From the NCBI GenBank assembly GCA_963717525.1, contig OY970343.1:1088001-1152000 (forward strand): a stretch of DNA of 64,000 nt, in the 5' to 3' direction. This stretch comes from an uncultured Methanoregulaceae archaeon (GTDB taxonomy: Archaea; Halobacteriota; Methanomicrobia; Methanomicrobiales; Methanospirillaceae). The notes under the pieces were generated by a model. That model did not search any database. It was not told where the DNA came from and was given only the letters and a program-made list of their open reading frames with translations. This document shows positions 52,909 to 62,526 of this stretch, in pieces (the first letter of the stretch is position 1; each line of letters opens with the position of its first letter). The translations under genes and the position numbers were made by a program.

Positions 52909-52988
52909 GATGCTGTTGCATCTACGGTTGGTAGGGGGGATTTTCGCTTCGCAAGAATTCGCATATCAACCGCAGACGCAACAGAAGC
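52909..52988. repeat. Palindrome P20 (subfamily B, 80 bp)
   Basis: gatgctgttgcatctacggttg / caaccgcagacgcaacagaagc. Confidence 0.85.
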
Positions 52989-53138
52989 GGATCTTCATGT
53001 TAATTCAGTATAATTAACAAAAATACGTTAACAAATAAACAATGTTAAATATTATGTCTTACAATGGGTATGTTGGCATGATGGTTTGATCTAAAGAAAT
53101 TGATCCATCACTGCACATACATTTCTTAGAGGGAAAAC

Positions 53139-53784
53139 ATGCATTATCTGAAAAGACAGACAGGGAGAGATGGCGAAGAGGCAGTTTCTCCGGTAGTCGG
53201 GGTGATGTTGATGCTGGTGGTCACCATCATCATCGCGGCAGTCGTGAGCGGATTTGCCGGGGGGTTGATTGGCGGGGGGACGCCAGCTGCTCCGACCGTC
53301 AGTATGGACGTGAAGATCGTAAACACGGGCAGCGCTACCGGAAGCGGATTCTTTGCAACCGTGACCGGGGTCAGTGCTCCGGTCCAGACGCATAATCTTG
53401 AGCTGAATTACTGCGTGGACAACGACGAGCAGGACCAACGGTTACACGATGATAAATGGCGGGAACACATCGGTTTACATTAACGGTTCGGCCCTTGCGG
53501 TTCCACCTCTTGGGTACGGGCCCGGCGTGACCTCAGGTGTATTCGGTGACAATTTCGGCAACTACACCCTTGTGTCGGGAACCGGCCTTGCGGCAACACC
53601 CTCTTCGAACTATGGTTCAGTTACTCTATACCAGTACTCTGCTACAACTATGGACAACACCGTGGAGGTACTCGGGAATAACTGGCAGAACCTCAAGCTG
53701 GGGGATACGGTAACGGTCACGCTGGTTGACGTCACTTCTGGGAAGTCGATATACAAGAAGACTGTGCCGGTTACGGAGGGATAA
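53139..53784 (+). CDS. Archaeal type IV pilin (DUF1628 N-terminus), type A (1-nt insertion near 53406)
   Basis: EAVSPVVGVMLMLVVTIIIAAVV class III signal / H-domain. Confidence 0.85.
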
Positions 53785-53787
53785 GCC

Positions 53788-54312
53788 ATGACTCAAAAAT
53801 ACGGAGAAGCAGTGTCCCCGGTCGTCGGTGTGATGCTGATGCTGGTGGTTACTATCATTATCGCAGCAATCGTTTCAGCGTTTGCCGGGGGGGCGGTGAG
53901 CGGGCAGCAGAAAACGCCACAGGCAACAATCCAGGGAACGTTCAGTGTTACAAACGGTCTCCAGATCATACATGCTGACGGAGATCCCCTACCACTCAGT
54001 GAAGTCCGGTTTGTTATACGCAACGACGACACATTTGGGCCGGGCGCAGTGCAGATATCGGCAAATATCATCAACCTGAACAACCTGACTGGGTCAAACG
54101 GGAATCCGATTGGTACGTCTTTCAACGCCGGGCAAACGCTCTATCTCAACACGACAGACAGTGCCTGCAGCACCCTACAGAACCAGCAGAGCATATCGCG
54201 TCCGGACCTGTGCCTCCAGAACGCAACGAATGTTGGGAAGTCCTTCACCCTTGAAGTCGAGGATCTCAATGGGAAGATGATCTCTCAGAACAGCGTGGAG
54301 ATTAGTCCGTAA
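53788..54312 (+). CDS. Archaeal type IV pilin, type B
   Basis: EAVSPVVGVMLML...; KTPQAT, H..GD.L. Confidence 0.88.
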   Translation: MTQKYGEAVSPVVGVMLMLVVTIIIAAIVSAFAGGAVSGQQKTPQATIQGTFSVTNGLQIIHADGDPLPLSEVRFVIRNDDTFGPGAVQISANIINLNNLTGSNGNPIGTSFNAGQTLYLNTTDSACSTLQNQQSISRPDLCLQNATNVGKSFTLEVEDLNGKMISQNSVEISP

Positions 54313-54362
54313 CCGGGGCATCGCAGTCTGGACAACCAGATAATAAAAAGGTGAACAAGAAT

Positions 54363-55266
54363 ATGAAGACAAATGCTGATAGTGCAGTATCCCCAGTCGT
54401 TGGTGTGATGCTGATGCTGGTGGTCACCATCATCATTGCAGCAGTGGTGACCGGGTTCTCCGGAGGGCTGGTGGGAGGCAATAACCAGAAAGCGCCCCAG
54501 CTCACGATGGATGTCAAGATAGAGAACAACGGTTATGTTGACGGGAGTTATTTCGCTGCAACAGTTACCGGTGTTTCCAGCAGTATAAATACCCATAATC
54601 TGGAGATGGTCACGACGTGGACCAAAACCTTTTCCAATGGAACCCAGATTAACGGGGGAGGAAATGCTACACCGGGTGTCATGAACACGTTCCTTGACTG
54701 GCAGCCGAACGGCTGGATAGCAAGTGACTACTGGAACTGGACGTCACCGCAGGGATTCGGCCCGGGTGTTGGTGCGTACTCGGTACTTCTGGCCTGTAGG
54801 AAAGGTCTTGGCTTATCCACAGGGCTCGGGATCAGGGTCAAAAGGATCTTTTACCGTTGCTGATATGATGGCCGGAAAGGTATCTAATGCATCATGGTGG
54901 GGTAATTACAACCTCATGGTTGGGACGACGATGTATGCCCGGCCCTTCGGATCGGCAGGAAACCCTGACCAGGCCGGAGATCCGGGAACGCTCCTGAACT
55001 GGGGGTATGGATGTGGCGGCGTCGGCCCCTATGTCTATTCCTACGGGAGCGGAATGGGTGTTGGCGGATCGAGCGGTCAGGTCAATTTCATCCAGGGCGT
55101 AGAAGTGGATGCCATGCAGGGACTTCTGGGAACGAACTGGAACATCCTCAGGAACGGAGACATAGTCCACGTGAAAGTAATCGACGTTCCTATCGGTAAA
55201 ACAATTTGGCAGAATGATGTTGTTGTAGGAGGGCAGAATTATGTTGGCATGTCAGGATCCAACTGA
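54363..55266 (+). CDS. Archaeal type IV pilin, type A (frameshift near 54780)
   Basis: SAVSPVVGVMLML...; MDVKI.N.G; C-terminal LGTNWNILRNGD matches pilin 1 LGNNWQNLKLGD. Confidence 0.82.
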
Positions 55267-55796
55267 GAGGGCAGTGTCCCCGGTAGTCGGCGTGATGCTG
55301 ATGCTGGTGGTCACCATCATCATTGCAGCGATCGTTACCGCGTTCGCCGGGGGTATAACCCAGACCGGTGACAAGACTCCACAGGCAACCCTCACGGGAC
55401 AATTCAGCCAGAGCTCCGGTCTCGAAATGGTTCACAGCGGCGGAGATACCCTTACGACGACAAATCTCCAGGTCATTGTCCGTGAAAGTGATAACTTTGG
55501 CAACGCCCGGGGCTATCTTACCCCGTGGGTGATCAACGGGACGTTCATCCAGAACAGCCAGGGGCTATACTGGCAGAACGCGACGGATGGGTCAATTCCG
55601 GGTACTGGCATGGCATCCGGGACAAACCATGTACGTGAATGTTTCCGACTGGAATACCATGTCCACCTTCGAACACCCGACATCGACCGAGACCAGTCTC
55701 TTCTCTACAAGTAACCTCGGGAATAATCTCATTCTCGAAGTCAGCTATGCAGACGGAAAACTGATCTCAAAGAGCACGATACCCATCGTCCCGTAA
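55241..55796 (+). CDS. Archaeal type IV pilin, type B (1-nt insertion near 55601)
   Basis: RAVSPVVGVMLML...; KTPQAT; C-terminal LEV...GK.IS. Confidence 0.82.
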
Positions 55797-55874
55797 ACCT
55801 TGGGTTGAGCGTATCCGGCAGAGGCAGTCTTTACGGACTTCCTCTTTTTTTATCCGGCAGCCGGCTATTCCCGG

Positions 55875-56604
55875 GTGCGGCCGGATGCACAAAGGATTAT
55901 AGCGACTTTCGCTTCTGAACCAGAAAGAATCCTGACGGATGGCATTCTTACGTCACAATACTCGGATCCGTTCTGGAAAACGCCCAGCGTAGCCCGACAG
56001 TACGGTACCTTTGCAAACACAGATTTTGTCCGGATTTACCCGGTCATCGCCAACCAGATCCTCGACCGAACCGGCATCACAGATGGCACCTGCCTTGATA
56101 TCGGCTCGGGGCCGGGTTCCCTCGCCATCGCCCTTGCAACACTCTCGGGACTCAACGTTACTGCTCTTGACAGACTCACCGGAGATGTTCGAACTTGCAC
56201 AAAAAAACATATGTAAATGGGGGATAGAACAACATGTTACACCGGTAATTGGCGATGTCCATGCAATCCCGGCGCCAGACGCCACATTTCATCTCGTAGT
56301 CAGCCGGGGGTCCTATCATTTCTGGAATGATCTTCCGGTTGCGTTTTCAGAAGTTTTCCGGGTTCTTAAACCGGGCGGAATGGCATATATCGGCGGGGGG
56401 TACGGAAGTGCTCGGATACGTGATGAAATTCTTGCCAAGAGAAAAAAACGAGGCATCATAGATAATCCGGAACATCCGACCCGGACACGGTTCCGTAAAT
56501 TCCGGGCCGGAGAGATAGAAGAGTCGATTGAAACAGCCGGGATCACGGATTATCGCATTATCAATGATGATTCCGGGTTCTGGATCATTTTCAGGAAGGT
56601 CTAG
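55875..56604 (+). CDS. Class I SAM-dependent methyltransferase (1-nt insertion near 56174; start uncertain)
   Basis: LDIGSGPG, GDVHAIP, VSRGS, RVLKPGG. Confidence 0.85.
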
Positions 56605-56690
56605 TAATTTAATTTTATGTCTCTATTCCTTGTTCCGGGGATCGGCTGCCCCATTTCTGGAAAAGATTTTGCATCGGTGGGTTTTTCTTT

Positions 56691-57557
56691 TTAGATCTGC
56701 CCCACGTTATATTTCCGCTGGTGTTTTCGCAGCGCCGTTTCCATGTCGGGGGCGTTCAGTACATCGTATTCGAACCGGGCCGGGTCGCTGATGGCAATGG
56801 ACATGGCGATGTTAATCCCGTTTTCGAAGAGTACATCAGGAATTAACTGGGCACTTGACCCGTAGAGCGCCCGGATCCTGGCGTGCTTTGCATATCCCAC
56901 CACTTCTTCAAATGTACCATTGACAAGCGTTGAGCCGGTAATGATTGCAACATCAGCGTCCTGCAGGACTTCCTTGTTCTCCTCTGCCGGGTGGACCGTG
57001 ATCCCGGCCGGACCATACCGGATATCATCGCTGACAATTGTTGTCCTGAATGTTTCCGGTGGTCGTTGGTCGGTTACGTGGAGCTCCTTGCACCGGCCGG
57101 CATAACTCTTGACAAGGCCTCCGTATCCCACGATCACCATATAATCATCACTTCTGACCAGGTCTTTTACCTCTAAGCCAACCTCATAACCCTTGGCCTG
57201 CAACACTTCATTGGTGACCAGCGGTTGGGAAAGTGCGTTGAGTGCTGCAAGGGCAATCGAACGACGGCTCAGGCGTTTATCATGGAGATTGTCGGCTGCC
57301 ACATTCAAAAGGGAAGCATCGGTACAGGATTTCAGGTACTCCAGATCCTGAAGTGTCTCTTCAATCCCGTAAAGAGGATTATTTTCCTGGAAACTCATTG
57401 CAACGCCGCAACACCCGTTGGTCCCAATTACAGCATTCCAACCCGGGTTGAGACCGAAACATTTCACATTTGTGTCCGGAATATCGAGCCGCTGGTATTC
57501 GTCGATCAGTTTTTTATATGCTTTCTCTAGAATTGAAGGGGAATTTTTCTGGTTCAT
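56691..57557 (-). CDS. DUF364 / Rossmann-like domain protein
   Basis: AALNALS, IVGY, ADVAIITGSTLVNGT. Confidence 0.8.
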   Translation of the reverse strand: MNQKNSPSILEKAYKKLIDEYQRLDIPDTNVKCFGLNPGWNAVIGTNGCCGVAMSFQENNPLYGIEETLQDLEYLKSCTDASLLNVAADNLHDKRLSRRSIALAALNALSQPLVTNEVLQAKGYEVGLEVKDLVRSDDYMVIVGYGGLVKSYAGRCKELHVTDQRPPETFRTTIVSDDIRYGPAGITVHPAEENKEVLQDADVAIITGSTLVNGTFEEVVGYAKHARIRALYGSSAQLIPDVLFENGINIAMSIAISDPARFEYDVLNAPDMETALRKHQRKYNVGQI

Positions 57558-57685
57558 GGATTTTCACAGCAATCGAATAAAACAATCATCCGGAATCAGG
57601 TATACCTGAATTACTGCTGGGATACGTGAATCGAGGTAAAAAATTCCAAAGCCGGATTATAACAGGAATACTGCTTTCCCCCCCA

Positions 57686-58285
57686 TTATAGTTCACGGTA
57701 ATACGACCCATTGGCACAGTTACCACACAATACCCCGCCGTCAACGGTAACTTCTTTGTCATCAACAATCATTTCGTTGCACCTGCTACAGCGTGCACGC
57801 CGTTTCGGCATGCCGGGCATATCTCCGTCTGGGATATCAACCCTGACCTTTTTGAGCCGGAACAGGTCTGCCTCCGGGGCCTCGAGCAGAATCTTTACTG
57901 CCTCCTTCATTGCCTCCGGCCCGGTCTTGTCCGTCCGTTTCTTCTCGACGACAGAGACCCGCACGGCGTCGCCGTTTTTTATGTTCACATAAGTGGCTGC
58001 AAATTTGCCATAGGGGCGGTACTTTAAGGAACGGTGGCCGAGTGAGCACCCTGTGATGGCTTGGATCGCATCTGCGATACAGCGATCGATCTCTACATAT
58101 ACGATCAGGTCGCGGTTCCGGATTTTCGGATCCATTCCCAGTTCCCTCATTCCGATCACGGTCATCCGCGTCCCCAGCACGATTCCGGCGCACAGGTCCC
58201 CGTGGAACTCTTTTGCCTTTGCAAGGAGGAAATCGCGGTCAGCTATCCCCGCCATTTCTTTTGTGATCTCCTGAACTGGATTCAT
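57686..58285 (-). CDS. FmdE family protein with C-terminal C4 zinc finger
   Basis: FHGDLCAG..LG, EIDRC.ADA, TGCSLG, GKFAAT, CSRC...CGNC. Confidence 0.88.
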   Translation of the reverse strand: MNPVQEITKEMAGIADRDFLLAKAKEFHGDLCAGIVLGTRMTVIGMRELGMDPKIRNRDLIVYVEIDRCIADAIQAITGCSLGHRSLKYRPYGKFAATYVNIKNGDAVRVSVVEKKRTDKTGPEAMKEAVKILLEAPEADLFRLKKVRVDIPDGDMPGMPKRRARCSRCNEMIVDDKEVTVDGGVLCGNCANGSYYREL

Positions 58286-58450
58286 CCAAGGTATTTTCCC
58301 GCAAGAGGTAAAATATTTAGTTATACTTACTTATAATGTTAAATGATAATACTTATTTGAGAGCATGGATAACTCAATAACGATCCATTGTCCCGCCGGC
58401 AGGTATGCCGTTCAAGATAATCCGGGACAGGTGGGTTTTGAGGATTGAAA

Positions 58451-59407
58451 ATGGCAATAACCGAGGCATCATCTAGTTCGCCAGCGAACAACTGGCTGGA
58501 AAAAATCCGCGGATACTTCACCTGGCAGGATCTGGTCATCATCCTGGTCTTGGCAGTTCTTGCATTCCTGACCGGCAATTTCGGTCTCAATTATGTCCTG
58601 CCGGGCGGACCCGGATCAGGATTTGTCCACGGCTTCCTGAAACTACCCGGGCCTGGCACCGGGATCTTCAATGTGAGCGCATTCACCTGCTTGTGGCTTG
58701 TGCTGGGGCTGCTCATTATTAAAAAACCCGGTACTGCGCTCCTCATAGTAGTCCTGATCATGATATTCGGTCTTGCATTTTCCCTTGCCATGGGAGGACA
58801 CCAAGGCGGATTTTCCTCAATGAACAGATCAATCTCCAACTCAGGATCGGCCGTGCAAGGTCCGGAGGGGGGAGGGGCACCGTCAGGTGGACCTTCTGAG
58901 GGAGCACCGGAAGGCGGGGAGCAGCGCATCCGGCTCGATTACCTCGGCCTTGTTGTCGCCATAATTATTGAGATCTCCGGATTGATTGCGCTGGAGAAGA
59001 AACCCTGGAGGTACATCTTCCCGGCCTTCCTTGCCCTCATGGGGGTCATCACTCTTGCCTTGATGCTCACCGATAATGCGAAGATGGGGGAGAACGGGGC
59101 GGCGGCAACCGTCTTCCCGCTCGGATATGCCGTCACCGGCCTCCTTGCTCTCTGCCTTGCCGTGATATTGTTTATGTACCCGGACGGGAAGTACATCATT
59201 GGCGCCGGTTGTGCGGAGATGTTCTACCTCGCCTTCTGCTGGACTTTCAACGGGACGAGCGGGTTATTCAGCTGGGCACCTGTTGCCTTGGCGATCCCTC
59301 CCCTTCTCACCTTTGCTTTTGTCTTTGGCGCTGTAGCAGCGGCGATCTCGTACGGGGGAATCCTGCTCTGGAATACCTATACCCGGTACGGGATTAATAA
59401 GGCTTAG
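58451..59407 (+). CDS. Polytopic membrane protein (ECF S-component-like)
   Basis: LPGPGTG...KKPGTA; paralog of the next gene. Confidence 0.6.
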   Translation: MAITEASSSSPANNWLEKIRGYFTWQDLVIILVLAVLAFLTGNFGLNYVLPGGPGSGFVHGFLKLPGPGTGIFNVSAFTCLWLVLGLLIIKKPGTALLIVVLIMIFGLAFSLAMGGHQGGFSSMNRSISNSGSAVQGPEGGGAPSGGPSEGAPEGGEQRIRLDYLGLVVAIIIEISGLIALEKKPWRYIFPAFLALMGVITLALMLTDNAKMGENGAAATVFPLGYAVTGLLALCLAVILFMYPDGKYIIGAGCAEMFYLAFCWTFNGTSGLFSWAPVALAIPPLLTFAFVFGAVAAAISYGGILLWNTYTRYGINKA

Positions 59408-59484
59408 TCTGGCAATCGTTGATGCAGGTTCTCTGGAGGTCAGAAGAAACCTGCGACATTTTTATGGGAAATCCGGTGAGCTTC

Positions 59485-60285
59485 ATGCCAGAAAACGGTT
59501 CGGGGGACGGTATTTATTTCAGCCTCAAGGAGATCGGGCTCATCCTCACCCTTTCAGCGCTGGCCGCACTGACCGGCGCGCTCGTCCCATCGTACTTTTT
59601 CCCGGAGGGCCTACTTTCTGAATATGTTTATGGCATGCTGGAACTCCCGGGACCGGGGGCCGGAGTGCTCGTTTTCGGGAGTATTCTCTGTTTCTGGCTT
59701 CTCCTTGGCCTTATCCTGGTTAAAAAGCCTGGTACTGCTGCGGCTATGGCAATGGTATTGATCGCAATCGATCTCCTTTTCGGAAACCAGGCTGTGATCA
59801 TCCAGTCGCTGGATGTCTTGTTCATCGTAGCGATCATTATTGAAGCAGTTTGCCTTTTCACGGCTGCAGATCCCTCATGGAAATACCTACTGCCGCTGGT
59901 TCTAATAATGCTGAGCCTAGTAACGCTTGGCATTGCCCTGCTTGGCCTTGCAAAACAGGGGGAGAATGATATTCCGCTCGTCCAGTTCCCCACGGTATAT
60001 TACGTCTTTGGCATTCTGGGGTTTTGCTATGCAGTAATATGTTACCGGCATCCAGGAAAGTACTTTGTCGCAGCCGGTCTTGCCAATATGTATTATCTGC
60101 TGCATTTCTGGCTCTTCTGGGGAGATGGTTTTGCATCACGGTTTCCCTCGGATCCCGCCATGTTGTCGGTACTTTTCCTCGTGGCGCTGCTGGGAGGTAT
60201 AATCTCTGCATCGACAGTATATGGCATCGAATTTCTCTGCAAACAATATCGTTTGCATGGCGAACGGAGGCAACGGAGTTCCTGA
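59485..60285 (+). CDS. Polytopic membrane protein (ECF S-component-like), paralog
   Basis: LPGPGAG...KKPGTA, AKQGEN. Confidence 0.6.
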   Translation: MPENGSGDGIYFSLKEIGLILTLSALAALTGALVPSYFFPEGLLSEYVYGMLELPGPGAGVLVFGSILCFWLLLGLILVKKPGTAAAMAMVLIAIDLLFGNQAVIIQSLDVLFIVAIIIEAVCLFTAADPSWKYLLPLVLIMLSLVTLGIALLGLAKQGENDIPLVQFPTVYYVFGILGFCYAVICYRHPGKYFVAAGLANMYYLLHFWLFWGDGFASRFPSDPAMLSVLFLVALLGGIISASTVYGIEFLCKQYRLHGERRQRSS

Positions 60286-60431
60286 TAACCGATGAATAAC
60301 TGCCGGCAAGTGGACGGCGCAGATGGCATTTTTTCACAGGAAAAAGATGCGATCGGATGGAGTCCATTGGAAATGTTTATCTTCATTATAAGATTAACTA
60401 CTAACAATCAACTTCAAGGAGGTGAAAATAC

Positions 60432-60623
60432 ATGTGCACACCAATAGTGCTCCCGGAAGCAGCAATTGGCCTTGCAGCTGCTCATATCCTCGGTGTTGGA
60501 TTGTTCGTCGGAGTCATGGTCTTTAATTCAAATGGAGTACGGAAAAGCATGAGTTACCTCCTGGGATTGCCAGGAACGATCATCCATGCGGGCGAGACCG
60601 AAATGACCCGCATGGTCCGGTAA
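60432..60623 (+). CDS. Small hydrophobic protein
   Basis: Strong RBS GGAGGTG at 60418; stop is 2 bp before the radical SAM start. Confidence 0.6.
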   Translation: MCTPIVLPEAAIGLAAAHILGVGLFVGVMVFNSNGVRKSMSYLLGLPGTIIHAGETEMTRMVR

Positions 60624-60625
60624 GG

Positions 60626-61459
60626 ATGAGAATGTCCATCCTTAATTACGCCATACCTCCGATCCTGCAGCTGGAGACAACGACTGCCTGCAATCTGGCC
60701 TGTCCATTTTGTCTCAGGGCGGAACTCTGCGGATCGGACGAATATCTTTCTTTTGATGCATTTCGTCAGATCATCGATGGTACCCGCTGCCGGTTTGTCA
60801 CCCTCCATGGGTGGGGCGAACCGCTGATGAACCAGGATCTCCCTCGAATGGTCCGGTATGCGGCTGGGCATAGGAAGTCGGTGAATTTTACCACCAACGC
60901 CACGCTTATCCATGAAAAAGTGGACGCTTTGCTAGCATCGGGACTTGATGCGATTGCCTTCAGCCTCCCGGACATCGACCGGTGCACTCCTATTATTGCC
61001 GAAAATATTTCCAGGTTTGTCGCAGAACGCGCAAAACGCGGGCAAAAAAAACCGGAAACCTGTATTAACATTGCAATAATGGAAGAAAATCTCGATCAAC
61101 TGGACAGGATGCTTGCTATGGTCAGGGATTTTGGCGTGGATACGGTTGTATTCGAGAGGTCATTCCCTTGGACAGACTCACTGCAAAAAAAGGAGAGCGA
61201 TATGTTCCAGGGAATCCGGGATACTGCAGGACAATTCGGGCTCAAAGTCAAATTCCCTCCGGATCACACCAGTCCCTGCCCTCTGATGAGGTATACGCTC
61301 TTTGTCCGGTGGAACGGCGATGTTGCCCCCTGCTGTTACCGGGCCAACGTTGCAATCGGGAATATCAATTCGGACTCAATGGTGCGGATCATGCAGAACC
61401 GGGCACGTTTCCTGAAATCCCAGAGATCTGATCCGGTGTGCAATTCGTGCCGGGTGTGA
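60626..61459 (+). CDS. Radical SAM protein with SPASM/twitch domain
   Basis: CNLACPFC, GWGEPL, TTNAT, C...G.V.PCC...IGNI...C..C. Confidence 0.88.
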   Translation: MRMSILNYAIPPILQLETTTACNLACPFCLRAELCGSDEYLSFDAFRQIIDGTRCRFVTLHGWGEPLMNQDLPRMVRYAAGHRKSVNFTTNATLIHEKVDALLASGLDAIAFSLPDIDRCTPIIAENISRFVAERAKRGQKKPETCINIAIMEENLDQLDRMLAMVRDFGVDTVVFERSFPWTDSLQKKESDMFQGIRDTAGQFGLKVKFPPDHTSPCPLMRYTLFVRWNGDVAPCCYRANVAIGNINSDSMVRIMQNRARFLKSQRSDPVCNSCRV

Positions 61460-61686
61460 CAGGATAGACTGTTCTGCGAATATCATAAGGTTATATTTAA
61501 TAATCTTAGAAAGTTAACATAATAATGTAAACAACATCAAAATTAAATGCCGCTCGATCATCATCTCCAGTGGCTATCATTTCCTCCCAAAATCTCGCTT
61601 CATAGAGTGTTGTACTCTGAAAATCGGAGTAAGAGACAGAATACGAATGATCTCAGGATTGGGGAAACTTCCATTGAGGACACCGC

Positions 61687-62526
61687 ATGTGCACAGGGAA
61701 AAAAACGATAATCCCGATACTTATCCCGATCGTACAGGTCATTCTCGTTATTCTCATGGTCAGTTCAGCCGGCTGTATCAAGATGGCTCAGAACGCTCTT
61801 GGGAGCGAAAAGGCAGGAAACACGGACAACTCAGAGGTTTCCACAGGTGTCCCGGCCGGTTCTTTGGCAATCGAACCGCAAAATGCATCCACGCCTCTTG
61901 CGGTTGAAGTACCCTCCCCGACAATAACAGACTCCGTTACAGAGTTTTCACCTCGACCGACACCGGATCCCTATGTCATTCAGCACGGTGCCCGCATCAA
62001 TGGAACCCCCCTTGATTACTTATCCTTCCTCAACAGGCAGCCTGAGTTTACCAAGACGTACATGATGAATGGATATCCGGTTGGTCTTCTGGTGAATGTA
62101 ACGCAAGGCCCTCTTTATGTTGTATTTACCGTCAATCCGGCATATGACTGCCTCAAGGATCCTGATTCCTGCAGGGGATCCGTCACTGTCCCGGTCAGCC
62201 GCCCGTCCATGACTATTACTGTGCGGAACAACCAGACTAACGGGGTTGTTGCTGAAGACGGTTATGGGGGGGAGTTCAGCTCCGATACGGGAACCTACAA
62301 TAATGGATGTAGCAGTGATCAGAGCACGGTCAGTAACAGTAACAGTAACGCCCCCAACGACAATGTCTGTCAGCAACCAGGCCCGCGGTATATCACAGTA
62401 TACGGGAGCGGGCAGTATCAGATCATTTTAGACGGGAGCTATCTTGATGTTACCATTTCTATTATTACCGGCACATCGCCAGCTCCCGTGACGACACCAG
62501 TGACGGCGGGTGACGATGACTCCTGA
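61687..62526 (+). CDS. Putative lipoprotein
   Basis: SAGC lipobox. Confidence 0.65.
   Translation: MCTGKKTIIPILIPIVQVILVILMVSSAGCIKMAQNALGSEKAGNTDNSEVSTGVPAGSLAIEPQNASTPLAVEVPSPTITDSVTEFSPRPTPDPYVIQHGARINGTPLDYLSFLNRQPEFTKTYMMNGYPVGLLVNVTQGPLYVVFTVNPAYDCLKDPDSCRGSVTVPVSRPSMTITVRNNQTNGVVAEDGYGGEFSSDTGTYNNGCSSDQSTVSNSNSNAPNDNVCQQPGPRYITVYGSGQYQIILDGSYLDVTISIITGTSPAPVTTPVTAGDDDS

Larger units (their letters stand above)
11115..53000. mobile_element. Putative genomic island (boundaries approximate)
   Basis: Sharp GC drop after uvrA, tyrosine recombinase, ORFans, defence genes, gene fragments and dispersed palindromes; no att duplication identified. Confidence 0.6.

Noticed and set aside
13371..52988. 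Canonical integron (intI + attC array)
   Set aside because: The palindromes lack RYYYAAC...GTTRRRY ends, occur in both orientations with mixed gene orientation, and the recombinase is not recognisably IntI. Only an analogy is claimed.
17104..52988. CRISPR array
   Set aside because: Repeats are dispersed, 40-110 bp and separated by genes; no regular spacers and no cas genes.
11115..53000. Provirus or conjugative element
   Set aside because: No capsid, terminase, portal, relaxase, VirB4 or replication genes recognised in the window.
53139..55796. Phase variation of pilins by frameshifting
   Set aside because: The indels are not in long homopolymers or microsatellites and share context with the window-wide error pattern.
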